The notes: generated by a model not told the origin, from the letters alone. DNA of 64,000 bases from Mobula hypostoma (GCF_963921235.1 NC_086097.1:157296001-157360000); one strand, 5' to 3'. Positions 49,851 through 62,877 are shown, counted from the stretch's first letter. Translations and numbers: made by a program.

Positions 49851-50258
49851 TTCAGGTTCTGCTCCTGCTCCGTCTCCAAGCGGAGCAGTCATGGGCCGTG
49901 GATCTCCTTAAGTCACTGGTGATGCTGCATTCTTTCAAGGAGTTTTTGAGTACATCCTTGAATCTTGTCCTCTCTCACTGCCAGGAAATCTATCCAATGT
50001 TGAGATGATTCCCTTGTTGGCATGTAGGTGTCATTGAATGCCCAATGGGGCTGACTTAATGTGATTAGGGTTTTGGTGCCGGGAAGTTAACTTGCCAATT
50101 GCTTCACTTATTCTTCCAGTGAAGTGGGAGGATTTGCAAAGGAGGAATCAGTTATATATTTCTCAGTCTCTCTTTCATATATTGCTCCTCAGCTCCAACA
50201 TCATTCCCGCAAGGATATCCTTCAGTCTTAATGAATGACTTTAGATGTGCAGCAAATA

Positions 50259-50818
50259 CATTAATTGGTCACTTTATTGGGTACCCCTCTATACATGCTT
50301 GTTAATGCAAATATTTAATCATGTGGAAGCAAGTCAGTGCAAAAAGGCACATACAGACAGGGTCGAGAGGTTCAGTTGTTGGTCACACCAAATATCAAAC
50401 TGAGGAAGGAATGTGATCTAAGTGATTTTGACCGTGAAACAGTTGTTGGTGTTGGATGGGTGGTTTCAGTATCTCCAAACTACGGATCTCCTGGGAGTTT
50501 CACACACAACTCTAGAATTTACAGAGAATAGTGTAACAAAAACAAAAAAAAATCCAGTGAGCGGATGTTTTGGGGACAAAAATGCCTTGTTAACGAGAGA
50601 GTTCAGAGGAGAATGGCCAGACTGGTTCAAGCTGACAGGAAGACAATAGTAACTCAAATAATCACATGTTACAACAGTGGTGTGCATAAGAACATTCCTG
50701 AACACAAAACATGTAGAATCTTGAAGTGGGTGGGCTACAACAGCAGAAGCCCACAATTGTACACTCAGTGGCCACTTTTTTAGGTTCGGGAGCTACATAA
50801 TGAGGTAGCCACTGACTG
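50259..50818 (+). mobile_element. Non-autonomous Tc1 derivative
   Basis: Transposase N-terminus DLSDFDR...DLLG.S.TT...RRMARLVQADRK...GYNSRSP; degenerate TIRs of the type cactcagtggccactttattagg. Confidence 0.85.
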
Positions 50819-51019
50819 CACTCTCCCTAATATCAGTCAATGAATTGAAGCATACAGATGGCACTTGCATTTGAATTTACTTGAGAGCTGAACCTCCAGT
50901 CCTCTTTACAGTGCCCGTCACAATGGTCAGTCTTCACTCTTGCTGCCCACCATTTTGCTGTAGGTGATCAAACTGTCACTGATTAATCAAGTCCATTTCA
51001 TATCAGCTGCAACCTGATG

Positions 51020-51545
51020 GCCACACTTTTGACCACAGTATTGCATTCAGTTCACGTCGCCTCATTATAGGAAGGATGTGAAGGAGGATGAAGAGGAGAT
51101 TTACCAGGATAATGCCTGGATTTGAAAGCATGTCATATGAGAATAGGTTAAATGAGCTGAGGCTTTTCTCTTTGGAAAGAAGGAGGATGAGAGGGCAGTT
51201 GTCAGATGTGTAGAGATGATGAGAGGAATAGACTGAGTGGACAGCTAGAGAGCTTTTCCCAGGGCAAAAATAGGGGAGCAGAGCTTAAGGTATTAAGAGG
51301 AAAGTATGGGGGATGTCAGAGGTAGTTCTTTTACACCGAGAGTGGTAGATGTGTGAATCATGCTGCCAGAGGTGGTGGTAGAGGCAAATACATAAGAGGC
51401 AGTTAAGAGACTCTTAGGTACATGGAGGAAAGAAAAATGAAGGGCTATGTGTGAGGGAAGGATTAGATTGACTTGGAATATATCAGCAAAATATTGTAGG
51501 CTAAAGGGATAATACTGTGCTGTACTGTTCTATTATCAATACTCT
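51020..51545 (+). mobile_element. Degraded CR1 3' end
   Basis: RRFTRIMPG, LFSLERRRMRG, FFTPRVV plus tail. Confidence 0.8.
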
Positions 51546-51749
51546 ATGATGGTCAACAGTGAAGCTGGCAAGATCCCATTGTGCTATGAAGAACCTCTTT
51601 ATCCGGGGATTCTTCTACATCATCTCGATTTCTGTAAACAGCACTGTCATTACCAGAGACAGGTTGATAAGTATAAGGAGTGGTATCTATTGAATCTAAC
51701 AGAGTACATATTATATTGCTGCTACTTTATTCTCTTGCAAACCCTTGTC

Positions 51750-52290
51750 TGATCAAACATTCATCATCAGGACCATGCTGCCAATTTGTGAGTCTCATTC
51801 ACAATATCCCACTACATAAGGAGCAATATACTTGGAAAAGTTCAAAAGAGGTTTATTCCTATGGCTAAGGCTTGTCTTATTAAGTAGAGTGGGACCATAT
51901 TAATTAGAGCTCAGAAGAATGAGAGGTGAACATAAAGTATTCTGTAGGGACTTAACAAGATAAATGGTTGGAGGATTTCTCCCTTTGGAGAAATTTAGGC
52001 AGAGTCTTTGAATAATAGTTACCCTGATTTAAGATGGAGCTGAGGAGGAATCACATTTTTCAGAGAATCACATGTTTTTAAAATTCTCTACTCCAGAGGG
52101 TTGCAAAAGTTGGGTAATTTAATGTATTTGTGACTGACTAAAGAAAAATGTCGGCCTTTTGGGGAGTCAAGGGTTAAGAGTAACAAACATAAAAAGTGGA
52201 GCCAAAGTGAGGATAAAATCAGCTAATTTTATGAAACAGAAGAGCAAGCTCAAGGGCCCTATGCCTGTTCCAACTCCCATCTTTTTATGT
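51750..52290 (+). mobile_element. Degraded CR1 3' end
   Basis: gagctcagaagaatgagaggtga, tttaagatggagctgaggaggaa and tail remnants. Confidence 0.65.
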
Positions 52291-53194
52291 CAGACCTACC
52301 ATGTAATTAGCTTTAAATTAGTCATCAGAATAGAAGCATTTAACTCAGCGTCAACTATGTTTTATGCAATTTAATAAAAAAAAACACATGTCATTCCCAC
52401 CAAGGGACTCTTTATTCTCATTTTAAATGAGTTGGTGAAGATTTGTCATCATCCTCATTTTGCAGGTGACAATGTATCTCTGTGGCATTGGACATCATTG
52501 TCTCCTCAGTTTTTCTTTAACTGGTGCACATAGCAAGAAAAAAACTGTTTTGCTTTTGAGCTTGAGGTAGTGTATATTGTGGCAGAACTTATCACCTGTA
52601 GTCCTGATATCAATGCTCGAATTCTCCTGTGTTGATCCCCAAACGAGATCTTACCAATGTGTTTTACAAGCTGGCACGTAAGCTGTCCTTTGCATTTCTC
52701 CTTTTAGTTCGACTTTGACAAAAGCTATTTTTCAATACATTAAAATTCAATCCATGGGATTACAAGCTCACTTTCAAACACTTTTGAAGAGAGCAACATT
52801 CCACTTTATTGAATCGAACCATTGAGATTTAACCCTCTTTAGGGTAACTCTGTACATTGAAGCACTGTGAACTAGAAGGGCGCCTTTAACTCTCTAGTAA
52901 ATCACCATTTGAAACATGAAACTGCAATGTTAATGGCATATTACGCCAGTAAACCAAATGAATATATAATAATAAAATTTAATTTTGTGAGCTAATAAAA
53001 ATGACATAACATGGACAGTTTTAATCTAATGCCAACCCACCCTCCATGCCCACATGAATAAAATGCCCTGTCTCTAACTTTTTATTATTACAAACTAAAT
53101 ACTAATCTTACAATTCTAACAAGTGGTACAATCCAATAGAGTCTCACATTTAGGTTATATTCAGATAAAGTCACCAGGTTAACAAAGGAACCAT

Positions 53195-53326
53195 AAAAAC
53201 AAGAGATTTGCAGGCGCTGGAAATCCAAAGCAACCCACATAAAATGCTGAGGGAATCTCAGAAGGTCAGGAAGCATCTTTGGAATTGAATAAACAGTTTA
53301 CATTTTGGGCCATGACCCTTCATCAG
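53195..53326 (-). mobile_element. Solo Penelope terminus
   Basis: Ends at gacccttcatcag, like 20436-20571. Confidence 0.8.
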
Positions 53327-53329
53327 TTT

Positions 53330-53490
53330 AAGGGAGACCAATATCCTTGTAGGCAAGTTTGCTACAGCTTTTAGAGAGGGTTTAAACAAATTTGCATGGG
53401 GACGGGAAATGGAATGATAGAGCTGAGGATGGGGCAGTTGGTATACAAGTCAATACATTGTGTAGTGAGATGGTGAGGAAGGACAAGCAC
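53330..53490 (+). mobile_element. CR1 ORF1/ORF2 junction fragment
   Basis: TNILVGKFATAFREGLN, homologous to the ORF1 end at 62839-62893. Confidence 0.7.
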
Positions 53491-53969
53491 AGTAAGCACG
53501 CTTGATTTTAGGATGGCAGAGGAAACTCAATGGGTAAGTGACCTAATTCTGCACCTATTTATTATGGTCTTTTAACCTTATCTCCATAAGATGTGGATCC
53601 AATCTGCAGCAGGTTCATCTGTTTCTCCAGCTAGCAACTAAACAATCTTGGATGAGCTCCAGTCCAGATATTACTCTGATCTGTGGCCACTCAACTGTAT
53701 GCTCAACAAGATTACAACCAGAACAAAAATCCATCAGACCCCATGGCTTATCAAGGAGTGAGCACAATATTTAGGTGGGTCATACTTAGGTGAATCAACG
53801 TTCTCTCTTCTTAGCAAACAGTTGGATAAAAATTAACAGGATGTTGCAGAATTTTTTTTCAAATATTTATCAATCTTTACTATTAATTTATAGTTGGAGA
53901 TTTGAAGATGTATGAAACAGTGGAAGAGTTATTGGCGCATTCTGTCAGTATTTCTGCAAGTTCAACATC

Positions 53970-54600
53970 AGAATTAGAATCAGCTTTAATATCATTGGCA
54001 TATGTCGTGAAATGTGTTGCTCTGGGGCAGTATTACATTAACAAGCCTATAAATTACAGTGAGAGGTATACATCTTAAAAAACAGTACATAAGTAGTGCA
54101 TAAAGAGAGGAAACTGTTCCTATACATTGAGTGTGTGTCTTTAGGTTCCTATACCTCCTCCTTGATGGAAGATATGAGAAGAGGGCATGTCCACAGTGAA
54201 TGGTGGTGCTGATTCGAAGGGCTGAATGGACTACTCCTGCACCTATTGTCTATTGTCCTGGGTGATGGGGGCCCTTCATGATGAATGCCATCTCTTTGAG
54301 GCATCTCCTTTTGAAGATATCCTCAATGCTGAGGAGGCTAGTGCCCATGATGGAGCTGGCTGAGTTCGAAAATTTCTGCAGCTTTTTCCAATCCTGTACA
54401 GTGGCTCCTCCATACCAGATGGAGATGCAACCACAGTGCATTTGTAAAAATTTGTGAGCGTCTTTGGTGACACACTGTCTCCTCAAACTCCTAATGAAAG
54501 ATAGCCTCTGTCATGCCTACTTCGTAATTGCATCAAGATGTTGCACCCTGATAGATCCTCAGAGAAGCTGATACCCAGCAACTTGAAACTGTTCACCCCT
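53970..54600 (-). mobile_element. Rex/Babar 3' part (small CR1 tail inserted ~54195-54255)
   Basis: KTLTNFYKCT...WYG...KKLQ...SSIMGTSL..IEDIF.RRCL...PHHPG. Confidence 0.8.
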
Positions 54601-54829
54601 TAAGCAAGATGGCACCAGTGACAAAGGTGATATGTTGAAGAAATATCACAAAACTTCAAGATACCCTTCTTCTTCTAGACTACATCCTGGACTTTAAGAG
54701 GGAGGAGGTGGAGGAAAACCAATCAGTGATAGGCGTGGTCACAACACTCTCAATAATGGCTGACTAAATATTCATCAGGATATGCCCTGAAATTTTAAGT
54801 TTCCTGATGTTGCAAAGGAAGAACAATCT

Positions 54830-56050
54830 ATGCTGGTCTTTCCTAGTGATGAGTGCTCATTCACAGCCATTCATGATGTTAGGTTTCACTTTGTAGGAAG
54901 TAATGGCCTGCAAATGCTGCCAGAGGTTACTTGCATCTGATTTTGTCTTTAACTTCAATCAGAATTGTTTTATTGTTCTTAACCTAGCCTTCCATGCATC
55001 ATACCTGGACTTTATGTATAGTTCTGTATCATAGGTCTTAAATGCCACAAATCTAGCCCTCAGGAGCCTATGAATATCCTGCATCATCCATGGCTTTTGG
55101 TTTGGTATGCCTGGTATTTCCTCGAAGGCACACATTCACTCATACGCCTTGATAAAGCCAGTGACAAATGATGCATACAGTATTCATTCAGATTTGAAGA
55201 TGAATCCCTGAATATTGTCCAGTCCACCAACTCAAAGCAGTCCTGTAAGCACTCCTTCACATCCCTTGATCATACCATTTTAATCCTGACTAATGGTGCC
55301 ACAGCCTTTAGTCTCTGCCTATATGCTGGGAGTAGAAGTAGAGCCAGGCGACTGAGTTTCCAAAGTGCAGTCGTGGGATGACATGGTAAGCATTCTCAGT
55401 GGTATAACAGTGGTCAAGTGTGTTGACTCCTCTGGTTCCATAGGTGATACATTGGTAATAGTTGTTCAGAAACTTCTTCAAGCTGGTCTGGTCGAAATCC
55501 CCTGCAATGATAAAGAAGGCATCAGGGTCTGCCTTTTTGTGATTGCTGATCACAATGTTCAGCTCCTCCAGTGCGTGCCTGATGTTGGCCTGAGGTGGAA
55601 TATAGGCCACTACCAAGGTGGTGGCAGGAAACTCCTTTAGCAGATAAAACAGATCACATTTACCTGCTAGATGTTCCAGGTCAGGTGAGCAGGACTGAGA
55701 CACAACCATCACATTTGTGCACCAAAACAAGATAATCATGAAGCCTACTCCCTCTCCTCCACCTTTAAAAGACTTGAGTGATCTGACCTTACGGTGAATG
55801 GTGAAGCCATCTGGGTGCAATGCTGCATCCAAAATGGCAGGGATTAACCATATTTCTGTAAAGCTCAGTGCACAGCAATCCATGATGTCCCTCTGGTATT
55901 GCAATCTTGCTCTGAGGTCTTCAGTTTTATTTGCCAGAGACCATATACTTGCCAGCATGATAGTCTGGAGTGGGAGACTAACGCCTCTGTGTTTCCATCA
56001 CATCTGTAGCACAGCACATTCATTTTGTTAAAGGGAAACAGCACTCACGA
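54830..56050 (-). mobile_element. Rex/Babar APE endonuclease and linker remnant
   Basis: ORF 55308-55958 with SFTEIWL, GGG, YIPP, AGDFD, TLDHCY. Confidence 0.85.
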
Positions 56051-57149
56051 CCTGAGTCTGCCATCTATGGTATATCAATTTGAGGATCAATAGACTTTTT
56101 AAACATTTTAAAACAATGTTGCTTACTGAAGTATCCATAGCTGCTCTCAGAATTCTCTCTGAAATTCAGTCAACAAGGAATAATTCTATCTCTCTGAATA
56201 CTTTAGTGGATTCATGGGAAGAGAACTAGGAGAGAGCTAGGATCTTCTATTAGTGTTGGAGAAGAGTGGGAGATTGATGTGAAGCTAAATGTGGCAGAGT
56301 AGTTTCTGGAGGTGAATGGGACTTAGGAGTGAGGAATGTTCCATACTTGCGATGACCTAGTACATGGGCTACAATCTGCAGGTCATAAAACAAAGGAGGC
56401 AGACAGTCACATCCAGGAACCACATGGGGAAGATAAGCAGGGGACATCAACTCCACAAGCCTCCTCCTGTGGACCATCTCCAACAGGATCACCATCACAA
56501 GTCTGGGGATCTATAGTATAAACCATCCAGCAAGGTCTGTGATGCATCTGGAGACCTGCTGCATAGTATCAGCCATGGCACTTCTTCAGTAGAGTTCTCT
56601 CTGTGGAGGCCACGTGTACTTCTCCACAATTACTGGACTGGAATATGCTGACAGCTGGATAGCAATTCTGTTGAAAAATGACAGTTAGCCGAAATGTGCA
56701 AGTACGCTTATTCCAAATTTGGCTGTGTACTTCAACATTGTAGTCATGAGCTCGATTTCTGACTTCTGTGTTGAAGTTTGACCATTCAATTTCCAGGTAT
56801 AGCTTGCACATCCAACCATTTGAAAAGATTTAAAAAGTTTCAGAAAGTCAAGGTCTCATGCTGCACTGCTTGAAGTCTACTCATTACTTGCAGCCCATTC
56901 CACTTCACACAGTGGCTGTGGCCGTAAGGCCCTATTGGTTGCCAAAGGTTATTGTGGGTAAGAGGCAAGTGCATCAAGTATCAAGTTTGGGACCAAGCTG
57001 GATTTTAATCAGTATTTCACTGTGATAGAAACTACACATAGTACTTCACTATGCATCTTTAGTTTATCATCTCAAGGTAACCTCAAGACAGCAAACAAGA
57101 CCAAACTGTTGTGCAGGAAGCAAATTATCAAGGGAGCTTCTTTTAGTGG

Positions 57150-57690
57150 CACTTAGGAATACAACAATATAGGAAATAGAAGCAAGTGTAGGCCATCTGG
57201 CCCGCTGAGCCTGCTCCTCATTCTTGGCGGACTCAGTTCCATCTACCTGATTTTTGCTCAAAACCATTAATTCCTCTGCTATGCAAAAAATCCATTTAAC
57301 TGTGCTGTATATGTATTTAGAGAAGTAGTTGCGCCTGTTTCCCTGGGCAGAGAATTCCACAGATTCACTACTTTCTGGGAAAAGTAGTTTCTTCTCATCT
57401 TTGTACTGTGTCTCGAGGCTATGTTCCCTAGCCTAGTCTCATTTGCCAGTGGAAACAACTTTCCAGCCTTCATCCTATCTGTCCCTTTCATAATTTTATA
57501 TATGTCTATAAGATCCTCTCTCATTCTTCCAAAATCCAGCAAGTATTGTCCTGGGTAACTCATTCTCTCCTCATAGATTAACCTCCTCATCTCTGGAATC
57601 AACTGGATGATACTCATCTGACTGCCTCCAAAGCCAGTATATTTTTCTTCTAGTAAGGAGATCAGAACTGTGTAGTGCTGTGGGTGCAGC
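57150..57690 (-). mobile_element. CR1 3' end
   Basis: RMREDLIDIYKIMKG...FSQKVVNLWNSLP plus tail. Confidence 0.85.
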
Positions 57691-60690
57691 CTCATAATAT
57701 GATCTTTTTTCAGTGCTTGTTGGTATCCCAGATACTTCCACGTTTCATATTCATCCATCAGTTGTATTGTACCTTGCTGCTTTGTATTCTACTAATTCTG
57801 TTGCACCTTACTTTATGTTTAATGTTCTGCACTTGTCCAGTCCAAAGTTCATGTTTGTACCTTTTTCAAATAGTTCTACTATTTGAATGTTTGTTTTAGT
57901 TTTACTGATGAAGGAGTGTATGACTTCAGATCATCCATATATTATTGTTATTTTTTTATAATTTTTTTTTCAGCTCAAGCTGGTAAAACCTGAGCTACAG
58001 GCATAGCCAAGCACACTCATTTCACAATTGCTAAGTACTTTGAGAATATTCTGTTGGTGTTTAGTATTGTGGCTTTCTGAAGATTTACATATTTATTATT
58101 ATGTAGCCCTAACTGTTTAATGCTATTGTGTAGTGCCTTTGGGATGACACCTGTTGTAGATATTACTATCAAGACAATGCACACCTTGTTCATGTTCCAA
58201 AGTCTTTAAATTTCCTATTTTAATTCAGCATATTTCTGGTATTTTTCACATTGATTTCTGTAAGTTAGTTACGTTTGTTTGGAACGGCTATATCTATTAA
58301 GTGAGTTGTATTTCCTTCTGTATCCTGTACTATTATATACGAACGGTTATTGTGCATTGTCCTGTCTGTAATAATGACATATAATTTAATGTTGTAATAT
58401 AACTTGTGATATTCTAACTCTAAAACTGGATCAGTGATATATTTATGGTAAGGTATGATTTGTTTTATGAGTTTGTATTTTAAAGCAAGATTTTGGTGAG
58501 TGATGTTTGCCATTTGATTGTGTCTGTGAAAGTAATCAGATTGTGTTAAGCTGCTACAGGAGCCTGTAATTTATTGAATTGTTTCTGGTTTTCCTTGGCA
58601 TTTTCTACATTTTTCATGTTGACTTTTGTTGGTCTTTTATTATGCATTTTTAATATTTTTGTGTTAATCACCCGGTCCTGTATGTCCACAAGGAACCCTT
58701 CTGTTTCTGGGAAGAGGTCTCCAACTCTAAACGAGGTGTACAACACTTCCTTGTCGACATCCAGCCTGCTCAGACCATGGGGATGTCTTTCATGGGGGAT
58801 CATGCTCTTCCATTGGTTAACTTTTTCTTCAACGGTGATAATTTCTTCATTTTCCTGGGCTGTGCTCTCATTTAAGTTTTGTGGTATATTCTACTTATCA
58901 GAATTGCAGATGGTTAGGTGGAGTTTTTCCTGTTTTTGTCGATGAAAGTATGTCCTTAGAAGTTTTATCTGATAGTTGTGCAGATTTTTAATGTCTGTTA
59001 TTCCTCTTCCCCCTTCTGTCCTAGGTGGTGTTAATCTAGGTGCATCTGAGTGTGCATAATGTTTTCTGAAATTTGTCATTTCAGTTTTCATTTTTCTTTG
59101 TAAATTTTCCAGATAGGTTTCAGACCAAGATATTATGCCAAAAGAATACATTATTTTGGGTATAGTGAAAATGCGTATTGCTTTTGTTATAATTTTACTG
59201 TTGAGCTCTTTTTGGCAGATTTTCTTAAATCTTGAAGTAAACTCTGTCAAAAATTTTCCCTTTATCGCACTATGATCTATTTCCTATGCTTGTTGTTACC
59301 GCAGATAATTATATGTTTCATATTCATCCATTGGTTGTATTGTATCCTGCTGCTCTATTTTATATTCTAATAGCTCTTTTGCACCTTACTTTATGTTTAA
59401 TGTTCTGCACTCATCTAGTCCAAAGTTCATGTTCATACTCAATGTCTTTAGAAATTATTCTATTTGAATTTAATTGATTTAGCTTTACCGATGAAGAAGC
59501 ATATAATTTCAAGTTGTCCATGTATAGAAGGCATGCCAAGATATAATTTGTTTGGCTGTTTCTGACGTGATACCCAATTTTTATCCGATTCAGTAAATTA
59601 GAGAGTGTGTTTAAAGCTAGACAAAACCACAGGGGGCTTAGAGAGTTGCCCTGGAAAACGCCTGTTTATTTTCATAAATGTGGTTGTGTTATTTTTTTTG
59701 GTTGTTAATAGGTAGGGTGCTTGTAGTACACCAAGGCTTCATCTGGTGTAGGAATTCAACAAGTATTGAGTGTAGTTTACATATATGAAGAACTTCTATT
59801 AACCGTGAGTGTGGGACAGAATCAAATGCTTTTTGTTAGTCAATATAACAACATGAAAGTTTTCTGAATTCCGGCCTGGCTTGATTTAGAGTTACAGAAA
59901 CTATTATCAGTTGTTCTTTACATCCTTTCATACCCTTACAGCATCCTTCCTGCTCTTCTGTGAGTATATTGTGGTTATCTAAATGAGTGCTAATTAGTTT
60001 GAGATGCATGATGTTACAATTTGATATATAGTTTGTAAAGAAGTAATAGCACAATATTGTGCAGGTCATTTGTGATTTCTCCTTTGGGTAAAAGATATGT
60101 TTTTACCTTCTGTCAAAAATTCTGGCACTTTCTCAGGTTTTTTAAGAAAATCGTTTATATGTATTAATAGGTACACATAAAGTTATTATTATTTTTTAAG
60201 TTTTTCTCAGCTCAAACTGGTAAAACCTGAGGTACAGACATAGACAATCACATTCATTTCGCAATCACATAAATATTGCTGTGTAGGCCTAATTATTTAA
60301 TGTATTGTGTCATGACTTTGGGGTAATACCATTTATAGATATTACTATTGGGACAATGTATGCCCTATTCCTGTTCCATAGTCTTACAATTTCCTCTTTT
60401 AATTCAGCATATTTCTGGTGTTTTTTACATTGATTTTTGTATGGTATGTGTGTTTGGAATGGCTGTATCTATTATGTACTGTAAGTTGTTCCTGTTAATC
60501 CAGTAATATTATTTCTAGATTGTTATAATGGTTGTCTTATCTGTAATAATGGATCAGTCATAATATAATTTGTAAGACTTATTCTAAAACTGGAACAGGC
60601 TTGTATTTATAGAAAGATAAGATATTATTTATGAGTTTGTATTTTTATTATTAATTTTATGAATTATTATATTTGCACATTAATTGTTTG
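57690..60690 (-). mobile_element. R4/Dong-like (REL endonuclease) non-LTR retrotransposon, three stacked pieces
   Basis: RT EEQEGC..GCKEQL, FQGNSLSPLWF, YMDN/YMDD, EGGRG; degenerate CCHC finger CRKC...ET.Q.ITGSC, RHN, ITDRT..NNR...LIDIA.P. Confidence 0.85.
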
Positions 60691-61439
60691 TCAATCCTGT
60701 TGGGTGCAGTCTTTCATTGATTCTATTGTGCTCCTTGCATTTACTGTAATGCCCATAAGAAAATGAATCTCAGGGTTGAATATGGTGACATACAGGTACT
60801 TTGTTAATAAATTTACTTTGAACTTTGACTGTGATTCACTGTCTCTGTCCGGCCATTCGATTGGGAGTGGAATCCTGATGAGAGGCTGGCTGTGGCTCCC
60901 GAAAGAGAACAGAAAGCCTTCTAAGAGTGGGACATTAACTGTAGTCCTTGATCGGATACTGTGTCCTGAGGGAAGTCATGCAGGCTGAGCACATGCTGAT
61001 CCATGAGAGTGGCAGTGTGACAAGCTGACAGGAGTTTGTGGATAGCAATGAAATGGGCTGTTTTAGGAGAACTGGTCCACAGCTACTAGAATGGTACTGT
61101 TCCCATCTGATGGGAGAAGATCAGTGATAAAATCTACTGAAAAATGTGACCGGGGATGGTGGGGCACAAGCAGCAGGTGCTGACATGACACCTTGTTCTA
61201 GGCACAAATGGAACAGCGAGAGTCGAAGTAGTAGACATCTTAAGACATGCGTAGATGATCAACAAAATCATCTCTTTATAAACTCCAGAATCCCTTGAAT
61301 TCTCAGATGGTCAACCAGACAGGAGGAGAGACTCCACTTCATTCTGAGGTACACAGCAGCAGGAACAAACAGCCAGTTGGGAAGTCCATCACGTGGACCT
61401 GGATCCAACTGTTAGGTAGCCCTCACCTCTCTTTCTATT

Positions 61440-61612
61440 CCCCATATCACTGGAACAGCTATGCATGAGTGAGTGGATAGGTTTGTTATATGGCACCTTA
61501 TCAAATGCTTTCTGGAAACCCAAGTATACAACACTCACCTGTTTTCCTCTATCCACTGCACTTATTATAACCTCAAAGAACTCCAGTTTGTCAAACAGGA
61601 CCTGCCCTTCAT
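61440..61612 (-). mobile_element. Old CR1 RT fragment
   Basis: LEFFE...VVYLGFQKAFDKVP. Confidence 0.75.
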
Positions 61613-61746
61613 GATTTAAAAGGGCAGACATCCTGCTTCGGGTTTGATTCAAAGAAGGAGTCTGAGAGTCTGAGTGGGAGTGCCGAGAAAGACATTTTTG
61701 AAATTTTCGTTATTTTTTTTCTCCAACGGCGTTCTGAGAGGCAGGA

Positions 61747-61795
61747 CTGCACAGGCGTGTGACGTCAGGCTGTGCAGCGCGGCAGATTTAAAAGG
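61747..61795 (+). promoter_or_regulatory. Putative internal promoter of the CR1 5' UTR
   Basis: Perfect CRE TGACGTCA at 61760-61767, NRF1-like tgcacaggcg just upstream, TATA-like gatttaaaag at 61785-61794. Confidence 0.4.
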
Positions 61796-61956
61796 AACAG
61801 AGCCTCATAGAGTGGGCAGCGTAGTTTGCAGGCGGCGAGTGAGCTGGGAGCAGAGTGAAGACTTAAGGGCTTCGGCTCAACGGGCTTAGGCGGAAACGGG
61901 CGAGGCGAGGAAGGTTTGGCATTCATTTTCTGTTGTTATTTGAGGAGAGGGGCAGT

Positions 61957-62877
61957 ATGAGTGTGAGGGCAATTTGCTGTTCTCGGTGTCGGATGTGGGA
62001 GGCCCTGGAGTCTCCAAGCCTCCCGGACGTCTACATCTGCGCCAAGTGCATCGAGATGCAGCTCCTAAGGGACCGTGTTACGGAACTGGAGCTGCAGCTC
62101 GATGACCTTTGTCTGGTCAGGGAGAGTGAGGAGGAGATAGAGAGGAGTTGCAGGCAGGTGGTCACGCCGGGGCCACGGGAGGCAGACAAGTGGGTCACGG
62201 TTAGGAGGGGGAAAGGGAAAAGTCAGGTAATAGGGAGTACCCTGGTGGCTGTGCTTCTTAATAACAGATACTCCTGTTTGAGTACTGTTGGGGGGGACAG
62301 CTTACCCGGGGGAAGCGACAGTGGGCGTGCCTCCGGCACAGAGTCTGGTCCTGTAGCTCAGAAGGGTAGGGCAGGGAAGAGGAGGGCAGTTGTGATAGGG
62401 GACACGATAGTAAGGGGGTCAGATAGGCGAATCTGTGGACGCAGTCCAGAGACCCAGATGGTAGTTTGCCTCCCTGGTGCCAGGGTCCGGGATATTTCTG
62501 ATCGTGTCCAAGATATCCTGAAGTGGGAGGGTGAGGAGCCAGAGGTCGTGATACATATAGGTACCAATGACATAGGTAGGAAAAGAGATGAGGTCCTGAA
62601 AGGAGAATATAGGGAGCTAGGAAGGGAGTTGAGAAAAAGGACCGCAAAGGTAGTAATCTCGGGATTACTGCCTGTGCCACGCGACAGTGAGAGTAGGAAT
62701 GCGATGAGGTGGAGGATAAATGCGTGGCTGAGGGTTTGGAGCAGGGGGCAGGGATTCAAGTTTTTGGATCATTGGGACCTCTTTTGGCGCAGGCGTGACC
62801 TGTACAAAAAGGACGGGTTACACTTGAATCCTAGGGGGACCAATAATCCTGGCAGGGAGATTAGCGGGGGCTACTGA
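61957..62877 (+). CDS. CR1 ORF1: Cys finger, coiled coil, SGNH/GDSL esterase
   Basis: CSRC..CAKC, LRDRVTELELQLDDL, GDTIVRG, CLPGA, HIGTND, DGLH. An inferred +1 A near 62845 diverts the C-terminus; the likely ancestral stop is 62891-62893. Confidence 0.9.
   Translation: MSVRAICCSRCRMWEALESPSLPDVYICAKCIEMQLLRDRVTELELQLDDLCLVRESEEEIERSCRQVVTPGPREADKWVTVRRGKGKSQVIGSTLVAVLLNNRYSCLSTVGGDSLPGGSDSGRASGTESGPVAQKGRAGKRRAVVIGDTIVRGSDRRICGRSPETQMVVCLPGARVRDISDRVQDILKWEGEEPEVVIHIGTNDIGRKRDEVLKGEYRELGRELRKRTAKVVISGLLPVPRDSESRNAMRWRINAWLRVWSRGQGFKFLDHWDLFWRRRDLYKKDGLHLNPRGTNNPGREISGGY

Noticed and set aside
57279..57758. 159-aa ORF that looks like a novel fusion
   Set aside because: Chance read-through from an R4-like RT fragment into an adjacent CR1 3' end; the same applies to 20051-20476 and 31488-31847.
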